Below are positions 52,055 through 61,809 of a stretch of 64,000 nucleotides of DNA, piece by piece. Position 1 is the first letter of the stretch; each line of letters starts with the position of its first letter. The stretch spans positions 62,001 through 126,000 of the IMG/VR virus record IMGVR_UViG_3300026097_000876; one strand, written 5' to 3'. Position numbers and translations under genes: made by a program. The notes beneath the pieces were generated by a model. It did not search any database, was not told the DNA's origin, and worked only from the letters and a program-made list of their open reading frames with translations.

Positions 52055-55000
52055 TTATAGCCCTGAAATTTCACCAGTGTTTTTCAAGCGTAGTGGAATG
52101 TAAATAAATTCAACTGCTTTAACTGGTTCAATAGCAATGTCTACATATAGTTCATTTCTGTCAATTCTGTTCGGAGTATTGTTAGACTCATCACAGACAA
52201 CCAAGAAGTCATACAGTGCTCTTTGCGACACAAGTTCAAGCATTAAACTATCAACTTGTGCTTTAATTTCATCACGTGTAATCTTATCATTTGGTTCAAA
52301 GATATACGGCTTAGCTAATTTCTTAAGTTGTGATCTTAAGTAAATTACCAAACGTGCTACGTTGATTCTATCTAATGCACTTGCATTTCTTGCACGAGTT
52401 TTTTGACCGTAGTTTACAAGTCCTGCTCCTGTTAAGAATGTAATTGGATTAATGTTTTGAGAATACAATGTATCACGTTGTCCTTCATTAAGTGCGATTG
52501 ACTTAAATTCGCCTTCTGCATCTATGAACCCGGACGCACTTGCATTAGTAATTCCGCCTCGTCTTGTTCCTGCTGGTGCAAACCATGGGAAGCTAACTTG
52601 ATCGCTCAGTGCAAGTGTTCTAATAATACCGTGACTTGGTGGAACAACAATATTGTTTCCTGCATTGTCACTTGTAAACAAGCTCGGATAGAACATACCT
52701 AAATACTCGTCTCTAGTAACAGCGCCGTCGTCGTTGTCCTCAACAGCTAGTGCAACATTGTTGCCGTAGTTGTTGAGCGTAGTTGCGTCTGATGTTAATC
52801 TAAATGGCGTATCCCCCACAACAAATGCTGTTAAGCCTCTGTCATAGTTTAATGAAACCATTTCACCGATTAGTTCAGGATATCCTGGACAAGCCATAAC
52901 GTTGAACAACCTTGATTCGTCATCTCGGATATCTTGGTTGCCATTGACCATTGATTGTAATGCTTGAACAATAACTTTACGCTGTGCTTTACGTCCGAAG
53001 CTACCAGCACCGTTTGGCTGATTAGCTGATTCAGTAACCCAACGGTGTGGGTAATAAGTTGCCATACTAACATCGCCCATTCTAACATTGTCTGCTGTTA
53101 AGTCAATGTAGTTACGCTCAAAACGCTTGACGTTAAATCCGCTTCTGCGTAGATTCCATAGCAGCATACCTTTTGGATATAGTGCAGGATCTGGTGCATC
53201 GGTATCTAAGAAATCGCTTACTAATAATTCTGCAATTGTACCGCTTGGTGCTTCTGTTGCAGTTCCGCCACTAGTACCGTAACGTGCATCAGCAAACAAA
53301 ATACCATCTTCTGTGGTTTGATCGCCTTCGTCTAGTGCAATCCATTTTTGTAAATCTGCATTATACTTGTGTACTTGTGGATAATTTTCTAAGTCTGCTG
53401 TTGATACCCAAATATCACCTGTTACTAGCGGACTAGTGTCTGATTGTTGTGTAGGTTGTGTTGCTGCTACGATAGGTCCTGCTGGGTCAGCGTCTGGATA
53501 TACATTAGCATAACCTTTCCATGTTGTCCCATCATGTACTAGCATATCAACTTCGTCAACAATTGAGCTATACCATAGTCTACCGTCTGTTGTCAATGCT
53601 GTTGGAGCGTCTTCGCTAGCTGTTTGTGTTAAGATTTTCCAGTTTGAAGCATGGAAATCATATGTACTATCACCAGAAGGTGCAGCATACAAATTAGCTG
53701 TTCCTAATTTTGTTGTATAGTTATATGCTGAAAAACCAATTCCGGCTAGTAAACTATCTGTATCAGCAATACGAATCTCTCCGCCGTCGTTATGTTCAAT
53801 AACAACCCTGTTACTTGCATCTACACTTGCAACAATATTTTCAAAACCAGCAGCATTAATTGCATCAGCAATTAGGTCTGCGTCACTTGCTGCACCTGTT
53901 GCTGTAACGCTTAGTGCTTTAGCTTCTTGAATAGCAGCCTTTGTTGGATCACTTTCGGCCATTATAAATCCATATGATTGGGCTGTAAGTGAACTTGCTG
54001 TAACCGCCGACGAAACAATTCTAGTTGCGCCTGAAACATTTCTAGCAAAAATTGTAAAATCTAATTCTTCATTTTCTGATTCGGAAGTGTGTGCTTGCAC
54101 ATATAACTGTCCTAGTGCAAGGTTAATTCCACCGCCTGTTCTATCTAAATTGTAAAGAGCTTCTTGATGCGTCTTATAAACTGGAGCATCTTTACTTTCC
54201 CAAAGTCTAGTAGTGCCGTTATAAACTTTAACATTTACTTGCGCACCTAAATTAGCTTCAGTTGTTTTGAACCAAACTGAACCAGTTGGTCTTGTTTGTG
54301 TGTCTGCTGTCTTAAATGCAGGTACTGAAGTATGAGGTGCAATTTCTAATGCCGGGGCATAATAAGTACCGGCTGTAATTCCTAAATCAGATAATAGTGT
54401 GCCCGAAGCACCTGCTGAAATTACAATAGCGCCGTCGTCGTCAGTAGACCCGTCAGTAGTTGAACTACCGTCACTATAAATGTAAAGTTTGCCATCAGTA
54501 ACGCCTGCTGATACACCAGTAATACCAGCGTCGTCGATAGCTGTTTCCATATCCGAAACTGCAGTTCCGCTAATAGTAACAGTTGTTCCGTTAATAATAA
54601 TTGTTTGGCTTGTTGTTAATGTTGGATTTGAAGCTGAGCCTTTAATAGTTGGCCAGCTCTTCACCCAGTCGGCTGTGCCTAGCTTAACCCATGCACCGCT
54701 TGTATTTTTATAATAAACTTTATTAACAGTTGTTGTTGCTACTACAGCATAGTCGCCCACGGCGCCTACAGCACCTTTTGGAGCTCCAGTATTTTGTTCG
54801 CCAACTAATTGTGTATTAGATGTAATTACCAAAGGAATTTTATTTGTGAATGTTTGTCCGCCTGTTACGGTTACTGCATTGCCGTTCCATTCAAAAATTC
54901 CGTATTTGGTTAATGCTGTATCAAACCAATATGTTCCGTTAGCCGGTGCTGCTGCCGGAGCCGATGCTGAAGGTTGTAATTCTCCTAAATCAACATCTGC

Positions 55001-55333
55001 TCTAACAACATATGCTCTGTTGCTTACTCCTAAATACGAATATGCTGCTTGTAAGCCATATTCGTTCAACTCTCCACCGTTTACTGGATTGTTGTTTGCG
55101 TCCACTTGGAAAGTTGGATCTCCAAATGTATCTGCTAAATCTCTTTGTGATGTAATTAAAAACGGAACGCCGGCATTTGCCTTTGTTGTTCCTGTTGCTG
55201 TACCGGTTCCGGCAGCGTTACTTTTATCTTGTTCCGAAGTAACGAAAAGCATTGGTGTGGTGCCTGGTTCTGCTGGAGTGTAAAAACTTTCGTCAATTAC
55301 ACTAACTTGAACTCCTGGTGATACTAAAGCCAT
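52055..55333 (-). CDS. gp18: Contractile tail sheath protein (T4 gp18-like), enlarged
   Basis: MALVSPGVQV..IDES; PWFAPAG..RG; RINVARL; IFEPND; EFIYIP. Confidence 0.95.
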   Translation of the reverse strand: MALVSPGVQVSVIDESFYTPAEPGTTPMLFVTSEQDKSNAAGTGTATGTTKANAGVPFLITSQRDLADTFGDPTFQVDANNNPVNGGELNEYGLQAAYSYLGVSNRAYVVRADVDLGELQPSASAPAAAPANGTYWFDTALTKYGIFEWNGNAVTVTGGQTFTNKIPLVITSNTQLVGEQNTGAPKGAVGAVGDYAVVATTTVNKVYYKNTSGAWVKLGTADWVKSWPTIKGSASNPTLTTSQTIIINGTTVTISGTAVSDMETAIDDAGITGVSAGVTDGKLYIYSDGSSTTDGSTDDDGAIVISAGASGTLLSDLGITAGTYYAPALEIAPHTSVPAFKTADTQTRPTGSVWFKTTEANLGAQVNVKVYNGTTRLWESKDAPVYKTHQEALYNLDRTGGGINLALGQLYVQAHTSESENEELDFTIFARNVSGATRIVSSAVTASSLTAQSYGFIMAESDPTKAAIQEAKALSVTATGAASDADLIADAINAAGFENIVASVDASNRVVIEHNDGGEIRIADTDSLLAGIGFSAYNYTTKLGTANLYAAPSGDSTYDFHASNWKILTQTASEDAPTALTTDGRLWYSSIVDEVDMLVHDGTTWKGYANVYPDADPAGPIVAATQPTQQSDTSPLVTGDIWVSTADLENYPQVHKYNADLQKWIALDEGDQTTEDGILFADARYGTSGGTATEAPSGTIAELLVSDFLDTDAPDPALYPKGMLLWNLRRSGFNVKRFERNYIDLTADNVRMGDVSMATYYPHRWVTESANQPNGAGSFGRKAQRKVIVQALQSMVNGNQDIRDDESRLFNVMACPGYPELIGEMVSLNYDRGLTAFVVGDTPFRLTSDATTLNNYGNNVALAVEDNDDGAVTRDEYLGMFYPSLFTSDNAGNNIVVPPSHGIIRTLALSDQVSFPWFAPAGTRRGGITNASASGFIDAEGEFKSIALNEGQRDTLYSQNINPITFLTGAGLVNYGQKTRARNASALDRINVARLVIYLRSQLKKLAKPYIFEPNDKITRDEIKAQVDSLMLELVSQRALYDFLVVCDESNNTPNRIDRNELYVDIAIEPVKAVEFIYIPLRLKNTGEISGL

Positions 55334-55369
55334 ATTATTTCTCCTGTTATTATTAACAACTGTTAAAAG

Positions 55370-55377
55370 TATTTATA
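55370..55377 (-). promoter_or_regulatory. T4-type late promoter for sheath and tube
   Basis: TATAAATA. Confidence 0.75.
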
Positions 55378-55444
55378 TGATTTGGGTCAATTCACACAGT
55401 AAAACCACCAATAAAAGGTGGCGGAAAGGTGTGGTAAATACAAT

Positions 55445-55783
55445 ATGAGACCATTATGTGAATGCGGATACCGTCCAGCGGCAATAAATTATAAAAAAGA
55501 CGGCAAAACATATTATCGAAAGTCGTGCGAAACTTGTTTACATCAAGGGAAGAAAAAATACGGAATTCCTAAATGGTATCAGGCAGGATATCGACAAAAA
55601 TCAGTATGTGAAAAATGTGGATTTAAAAGTCAACACAAAGAACAGTTTAATGTGTATCATATAGACGGTGATCTAAACAACGTGCTTCCTAGTAACTTAA
55701 AAACTATATGTGCTAATTGTCAGCGGTTAGTGCAGAAGCAAGACGTAAAGTGGAAGCAAGGCGACCTTGTACCTGACTTTTAA
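55445..55783 (+). CDS. HNH endonuclease-like protein
   Basis: CEKCG...HIDGDLNN...NLKTICANC. Confidence 0.75.
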   Translation: MRPLCECGYRPAAINYKKDGKTYYRKSCETCLHQGKKKYGIPKWYQAGYRQKSVCEKCGFKSQHKEQFNVYHIDGDLNNVLPSNLKTICANCQRLVQKQDVKWKQGDLVPDF

Positions 55784-56339
55784 GATCCTCAAGCGTTCCT
55801 TCGTTATAAATATTGAAATCAAAATCAGTCTTTGCCCAAGACCACTCTGACCGATGAACATCAACAGGTTCAATATCCAAATCAACATATTGTCTAAACC
55901 AAAGAGGATCGGGACCTCTTTTTACACACCAAACTTTTCCACCTAAACTTTTAACAACAGATGCTTCGTTTTCAAAACGAAGATCAGGAATTACAAAACT
56001 AGTATTTGGATTTTCAATAATTTTCTTTTTAACGAAGCTAACCCAAACTCCGTCGTAAAATCCGTTGCGCATGCAATCTGTTCCAAATTCTTGTAGTACT
56101 AATCGAGGAGTAATAGATCTTCCAGTTTCTTTTGTCCAGAAAGTATCTTCTTGTTCTCGCCAATATCTGCTTTCTGCTGTATCTCCTTCGATCATATCAC
56201 GCGGCCAGTCAAACATGACACTTACGGCATCTTTAAGTTTGTCTGCAAAACTAATTTTTTGAAAGTTGTGTGTTTCAACTAGAATATCGGCAACAGTGCC
56301 TTTACCACTGCCAATTAAACCACAGATGCCTATAATCAT
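55713..56339 (-). CDS. dNMP kinase (T4 gp1-like)
   Basis: GLIGSGKGT; FADKLK; TPRLVLQEFGT; PDLRF.NE; HRSE. Confidence 0.9.
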   Translation of the reverse strand: MIIGICGLIGSGKGTVADILVETHNFQKISFADKLKDAVSVMFDWPRDMIEGDTAESRYWREQEDTFWTKETGRSITPRLVLQEFGTDCMRNGFYDGVWVSFVKKKIIENPNTSFVIPDLRFENEASVVKSLGGKVWCVKRGPDPLWFRQYVDLDIEPVDVHRSEWSWAKTDFDFNIYNEGTLEDLKSQVQGRLASTLRLASALTADN

Positions 56340-56364
56340 AAAATTCTCCATACTATTTTAAAGT

Positions 56365-56393
56365 ATTATAAACTAAAAAATAAGATATGTCAA
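56365..56393 (-). promoter_or_regulatory. sigma70-type promoter for the dNMP kinase
   Basis: TTGACA-17-TATAAT. Confidence 0.75.
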
Positions 56394-56396
56394 CTA

Positions 56397-57158
56397 TTAT
56401 CCTATAGTAAATCCGTATCCTGTGCCGCCTGGTACAGCAAGTGTTATATCACTTTCTAACTTTTCCATTTCGGCTTGTGCTTCTGCTTTTAGTGCATCGC
56501 CATTTAAAGAACTACCACCTTGAGGGCCGGCAATAGTAGCAAATTTACTACGTGCTTCGCCTAACATGTATTTGCACTTAGCAAGAGTGTAATCTTTAAT
56601 CCATTGGATTGCTAGATAATCTTCTAATAAATCAAAGTCCGGTCTATAGTTGTACACGTACAACAACAGTTCTTCTTCTGCTCTAGGTCGTTGTAATACT
56701 GTAAGTCTTTTATTTGATCTATTCCATTTAAATTCAATAAATGAACCAAACATGCGACCTACTAGTTCTTGATAACCTGCGAACATTTCATATGTTGCTA
56801 GGCCGCCCATGTTTGAACTACTCAGCAGATATGTATTTGTATAGGCCATGTTGAATGGTTCAAAAAGCGTACCGCCGTCACCGCCGCCGGTGCGTGAGCC
56901 AATGCTTCTGCGAAAAATTTGACGCACTTCCATTACTTCTGTTGGGAGAACATAATCATTTTGGTCAATTACTGTTGGTAGAAACATGTACGATTCTTCT
57001 ACACCGTTATCTGATCTCTGTCTAAATTTTGTTAGTGCTGTGTTTAACGCCGTCTCGTAATGTATAGGATCAAGTTCAACATCAACCATGCCGCCGCCGA
57101 GCATAGTTTCAGCATATTTGTAAACTTCTTGTTTCTTAGTATTAATGTTTGTAGTCAT
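56397..57158 (-). CDS. gp13: Neck protein (T4 gp13-like)
   Basis: LGGGMVDVELD; WIKDYTLA.CKYMLGEARSKF...LNG..L. Confidence 0.8.
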   Translation of the reverse strand: MTTNINTKKQEVYKYAETMLGGGMVDVELDPIHYETALNTALTKFRQRSDNGVEESYMFLPTVIDQNDYVLPTEVMEVRQIFRRSIGSRTGGGDGGTLFEPFNMAYTNTYLLSSSNMGGLATYEMFAGYQELVGRMFGSFIEFKWNRSNKRLTVLQRPRAEEELLLYVYNYRPDFDLLEDYLAIQWIKDYTLAKCKYMLGEARSKFATIAGPQGGSSLNGDALKAEAQAEMEKLESDITLAVPGGTGYGFTIG

Positions 57159-57203
57159 TTAATATTCTCCACATAGTATTTATTCGTTACGATAAATATG
57201 TAT

Positions 57204-58361
57204 ATGCCAAGACTTAGTTTATATAGACCCGAACGCGGAAAAGATTATGCATTCTTAGATAAGACAATAACAGAAATGTTTACAGTCGGAGGTACTGACG
57301 TATTTGTACACAAATATCTAGGACCAAAAAATCCCGAAGAAGCTGATGCAACAGCAACTCAACCTCTTTATGACGCTGTAGCCGAAACTAATATTCAAGA
57401 TATGCTATTCATGGAAAATAGGGATCGCAAATATGATCCTGATGTTTACACTATGAGAGGTATCTATAACGTTAGTGATGTAGATTTTGACATGAGCCAA
57501 TTTGGTTTATTTTTGCAAAACGACATTGTGTTCATGACAATTCCAATTAACTACAGTGTTAGAACATTAGGAAGAAAAATTATGTCAGGAGATGTTATTG
57601 AACTTCCTCATTTAAAAGATGAAAATGCATTAAATGACTATAGTGTAGCATTAAAAAGATTTTATGTTGTAGAAGATGTTAACAGAGCTGCTGAAGGATT
57701 TTCGCCAACTTGGTATCCACACTTATATCGTGTGAAAATGAAACAAATTGTTGATTCGCAAGAGTTTAAAGAGATTCTTGATTTGCCAGCAGAAGAAGGA
57801 AGTAGTCAGACATTAAGAGATGTATTATCAACTTACGAATCAGAAATGCAAATTAATGATGCAATTATTTCTCAAGCCGAAGCTGATGCTCCTAAAAGTG
57901 GTTATGACACCAGTCATTTCTTTACACTACAAGTAGACGAAGATGGTAGACCGGAACTTGTAACAGCTGATCTTGACACAATGGATGCTAGTACAATTAA
58001 CGAATTTGCTGACAGAATAAATCAAACACCTGAAAGAGAAGGATATACTGGCTATTTGGTCGGCGACGGCATTGCTCCAAACGGCGAAGCATTTGGTAGT
58101 GGTATTAGTTTTCCTCTTAGTAGCATTAAGGGTGATTACTTTTTAAGAGTAGACATGTTTCCTAATAGATTGTTTAGGTATGACGGAACTAGGTGGGTCA
58201 AGATGGAAGATAATGTACGCATGACTATGACAAACTCTAGCGATAGAAAAACACAAAAAGGTACATTTGTTAACAATACAAATACTAATGAGATTGCGGG
58301 AGATACTGTACAAGAAAGACAAAGTATTTCGCAAGCACTTAGACCTAAGGCAGATAATTAA
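57204..58361 (+). CDS. Neck / head-closure protein (T4 gp14-like)
   Basis: SQFGLFL; GDVIELPH; divergent from gp13 and upstream of gp15. Confidence 0.65.
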   Translation: MPRLSLYRPERGKDYAFLDKTITEMFTVGGTDVFVHKYLGPKNPEEADATATQPLYDAVAETNIQDMLFMENRDRKYDPDVYTMRGIYNVSDVDFDMSQFGLFLQNDIVFMTIPINYSVRTLGRKIMSGDVIELPHLKDENALNDYSVALKRFYVVEDVNRAAEGFSPTWYPHLYRVKMKQIVDSQEFKEILDLPAEEGSSQTLRDVLSTYESEMQINDAIISQAEADAPKSGYDTSHFFTLQVDEDGRPELVTADLDTMDASTINEFADRINQTPEREGYTGYLVGDGIAPNGEAFGSGISFPLSSIKGDYFLRVDMFPNRLFRYDGTRWVKMEDNVRMTMTNSSDRKTQKGTFVNNTNTNEIAGDTVQERQSISQALRPKADN

Positions 58362-59848
58362 TGGATCATTTTTACGACGGTCAGATAAGACGATATATTA
58401 CACAACTTGTTAGATTGTTTAGTAATTTTTCTTACAAAGACGGTGACGGCAAAGCAGTACAGATACCAGTAATGTATGGAGATATTACTCGACAAGTTGG
58501 TAATATTCTTAGAGATAACTCAGAAAATAAAATTCCAAGTGCTCCAAGAATTGCTGTTTATATCACATCATTAGACCAAGACAGATCAAGAACAAGTGAT
58601 AGTTCTTATACTAATAAAGTGCATATTCGTGAAAGAGCTTATGATAACAATAATAACGAATATCTAAATACTCAAGGTAAAAATTATACTGTTGAAAGGA
58701 TTATGCCTAGCCCTTATACACTAGGTATTAACATCGACATTTGGAGTACAAACACAGATCAAAAACTTCAAATTGTAGAACAAATTTTAATGCTTTTTAA
58801 TCCTAGTCTAGAAATACAAACTACAGACAATTATATTGATTGGAGTAGTTTGACTAGTGTTGAATTAACAAATATTAATTTTAGCAGTCGAACTATTCCG
58901 ATCGGAACAGAATCAGATATAGATATAGCACAGTTAAGTTTTACAACTCCAATCTATATAAACATGCCAGCTAAAGTTAAAAAGCTAGGTGTAATTACAG
59001 ATGTTGTTATGAGTATTTTTGATGAATCAAAAGGAACCATTGACCTGGGTAATAGTACTCCTGAATTAGAAGCATGGTCAGGAACTCGAGTGCCATCAAG
59101 TGATCTAGAAAACAATAAGTTAGAAATTAATATGATAGTTCGAGGCTACGATAATTATGACTTATCTGTATTAAACAATGTAGCACAACTAATAGATAAA
59201 GGACAAACTGGTGCAATAACTTGGACGGAATTTTTCCAGTCTCGACCCAACGATTATCTTGCAGGACTTTCTCAATTGCAATTAAAAAGAACTACAATAG
59301 AAGGGGAATCTGTTTCCGGAAGCGTTAACGGAACTGTTACAATAAATCCAATAGACGATACACAATTAATTATAAATTGGGACGAAGACACAATACCTAC
59401 TAATTCATCTTTGCCTTCGCCTAGCGGAAGGAATAATACCGGAAGTGTAGATTTTATTATTGACCCGTCTACGTATAATCCAAATGTTGATAGCACTAAT
59501 GCAGGGTTACGATTATTATTATTAGGTGCTATTAATAACAGTGAAAATGTTAATGGTCTTATGGACTTTGGTCAAGATCCAAGTGACGGAAGTTCTAAAG
59601 ATCCATATGATGGTCCAGATGCTTGGAAAAACGACGACGGTAGTGATTTTGTTGCCGACACAAATGACATTGTAGAATGGGACGGTAGCGAATGGAATGT
59701 TGTTTTTGATGCAAGCGAATATACCGAGCAAGATACTGTGTACGTTACTAATCTAAATACAGGTGTTCAGTACAAGTGGACCGGTGTTGAGTGGATTTTA
59801 TCATTCGAGGGCGAATACCGAAAAGGATCGTGGCGCATTACCTCTTAA
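58361..59848 (+). CDS. gp15: Tail terminator / sheath stabiliser (T4 gp15-like) with a C-terminal extension
   Basis: FYDGQIRRY...IPVMYG; PSPY.LGI...QIVEQIL..FNP. Confidence 0.75.
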   Translation: MDHFYDGQIRRYITQLVRLFSNFSYKDGDGKAVQIPVMYGDITRQVGNILRDNSENKIPSAPRIAVYITSLDQDRSRTSDSSYTNKVHIRERAYDNNNNEYLNTQGKNYTVERIMPSPYTLGINIDIWSTNTDQKLQIVEQILMLFNPSLEIQTTDNYIDWSSLTSVELTNINFSSRTIPIGTESDIDIAQLSFTTPIYINMPAKVKKLGVITDVVMSIFDESKGTIDLGNSTPELEAWSGTRVPSSDLENNKLEINMIVRGYDNYDLSVLNNVAQLIDKGQTGAITWTEFFQSRPNDYLAGLSQLQLKRTTIEGESVSGSVNGTVTINPIDDTQLIINWDEDTIPTNSSLPSPSGRNNTGSVDFIIDPSTYNPNVDSTNAGLRLLLLGAINNSENVNGLMDFGQDPSDGSSKDPYDGPDAWKNDDGSDFVADTNDIVEWDGSEWNVVFDASEYTEQDTVYVTNLNTGVQYKWTGVEWILSFEGEYRKGSWRITS

Positions 59849-59861
59849 GATAATTACTTGT

Positions 59862-60311
59862 ATGAATCAAGAAATCATTTGTAGTGGTGCATTAATTTAT
59901 TCTTTAAAATCTAAACGTTTTTTACTTTTGCATAGAACACAAAGTAAACAAAAAAATGTTTGGGGATTAGTAGGAGGAACAAACGGAAAAAATGAACGTC
60001 CGTGGCCTGCACTACAAAGAGAAATCATAGAAGAAGTTGGTGAACTTCCTAATATTGTAAAAACAATTCCGCTCGAAACATTTGTTAGCACAGATGAAAA
60101 ATTTAGTTTTCATACATATCTAGTAGTTGTTAATGACGAATTTTTACCAATATTAAACGAAGAACACGATGGTTACGCATGGGTAAGTTTTGACAAATGG
60201 CCCAAGCCATTACATCAAGGCCTACGCAATACATTACAAAATAAAACAAATCAAACAAAATTAAAAACCGTTTTTGACCTAATAGGATATTTACAAAATG
60301 AAGCAGATTAA
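59862..60311 (+). CDS. NUDIX hydrolase
   Basis: Nudix box GG..GKNE.PW.ALQREIIEEVG; LNEEHDGYAW. Confidence 0.8.
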   Translation: MNQEIICSGALIYSLKSKRFLLLHRTQSKQKNVWGLVGGTNGKNERPWPALQREIIEEVGELPNIVKTIPLETFVSTDEKFSFHTYLVVVNDEFLPILNEEHDGYAWVSFDKWPKPLHQGLRNTLQNKTNQTKLKTVFDLIGYLQNEAD

Positions 60312-61809
60312 AAACATTACTATTGTAGGTGGAGGTTCAGCCGCTTGGCTAGCAGCTACTTACATACAAAATAATCACTGGGACTTACCCATTACTGTAA
60401 TCGACAAAGAAGTAGGTAATCCTATAGGAGTGGGCGAAGCAACGGTGCTTACATTCCCACATTTTTTAAGAAAATGTGGTATAAATTTGCCAGAATGGTT
60501 TAGAAATATTGATGCTACATACAAGTCTGGCATTGAGTTTCCTCATTGGAAAAGACCTAACAATAATGTTTGGCATCCATTTTACCTAAATAGAAGTTAC
60601 TTTGCACAAGGATGTACAGCATATGACCTTTGGGCACAAAAGCAAGATCTAGATTTTAGAAAAACAGCACTTCCGACTTATAACGTTAATATGAATAACA
60701 AACTTGATATGTGGGGAGCATTTGAAACCCTTGCGTATCATATTGACGCTGGAAAACTTGTTACAGAGTTACAAACGATTTGTGGACAAAATGTTAATGT
60801 AATTAAAAGCGATGTTGTAAAAGTAAACAAAGATGGTAACAATGTAACTAGCGTTGAACTTAAAAACGGTGCTGTACATGAAAGTGACTTTTTTATCGAC
60901 TGTACAGGATTTGCTAGTATTCTTAAAGAAGCTGACCGTGTAGAGCTATTAGGTGAAGGAAGATTATTTACAAATGCTGCTGTTGCCGGACATATTCCGT
61001 ATGAAGATTTTGAAAAAGAATGTACTCCGTATGTAAAATGTCCTGCTGTTGATCACGGTTGGATCTGGAAGATACCTGTGCAATCACGCATCGGATCAGG
61101 ACTTGTATTTAATAAAGATATTACAGACCCAGAGGAAGCAAAACGTTATTTCTGCGAACACTGGGATAATCGAATAAAACCAGAAGATCTAAAGTTAATT
61201 GACTGGGTTCCTTATTACAGTAAAAACTTTTGGGAAGGTAACGTAGTTTCAATTGGACTAAGTGGCGGATTTATCGAACCGTTAGAGTCTACAGGGCTTG
61301 CTAGTATGACCACTGGTGTTGAAAAATTAATGGATATGATTCCTCAATATGCTTATACTGATGCTAATGTAGAAACTTATAATAGAGAAATGGAAGTTTG
61401 GTATAATGATGCTGTTGATTTTGTTAACAGCCATTATGCTGACACAGAATGGGATACACCTTTTTGGAATTATGTAAAAGAAACCCATGTAAAATCAGAA
61501 AAACATTTATGGTATGAAGATTGGTTAAAAGATCCACAACGTAAGTTTTATACTCCGGTGCAGTCACGCACACTGTTCCATCCGCCAAATTGGCATTTGT
61601 GGTTGGTACAAATGGGGTATCCAGTAAATGTAGATCTTAACTATATGCCTCCGCAAGAAATAGAGTTTCTTTTGAGAGATTTTCAACTGGCTGAAGAAAT
61701 TAGAATGCACACTAGTCAAAGTCATATAGATGCTATTGAATCAACTAATCTTGGATTAGACTGGTTAGTATTAGCACAGTCTAGGGGAGATAGGGGCCAA
61801 TTGGTATGA
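60298..61809 (+). CDS. Flavin-dependent (tryptophan) halogenase, copy A
   Basis: VGGGSAAW; GVGEAT; catalytic K in DATYK; GWIWKIP; FIEPLESTG. Confidence 0.9.
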   Translation: MKQIKNITIVGGGSAAWLAATYIQNNHWDLPITVIDKEVGNPIGVGEATVLTFPHFLRKCGINLPEWFRNIDATYKSGIEFPHWKRPNNNVWHPFYLNRSYFAQGCTAYDLWAQKQDLDFRKTALPTYNVNMNNKLDMWGAFETLAYHIDAGKLVTELQTICGQNVNVIKSDVVKVNKDGNNVTSVELKNGAVHESDFFIDCTGFASILKEADRVELLGEGRLFTNAAVAGHIPYEDFEKECTPYVKCPAVDHGWIWKIPVQSRIGSGLVFNKDITDPEEAKRYFCEHWDNRIKPEDLKLIDWVPYYSKNFWEGNVVSIGLSGGFIEPLESTGLASMTTGVEKLMDMIPQYAYTDANVETYNREMEVWYNDAVDFVNSHYADTEWDTPFWNYVKETHVKSEKHLWYEDWLKDPQRKFYTPVQSRTLFHPPNWHLWLVQMGYPVNVDLNYMPPQEIEFLLRDFQLAEEIRMHTSQSHIDAIESTNLGLDWLVLAQSRGDRGQLV

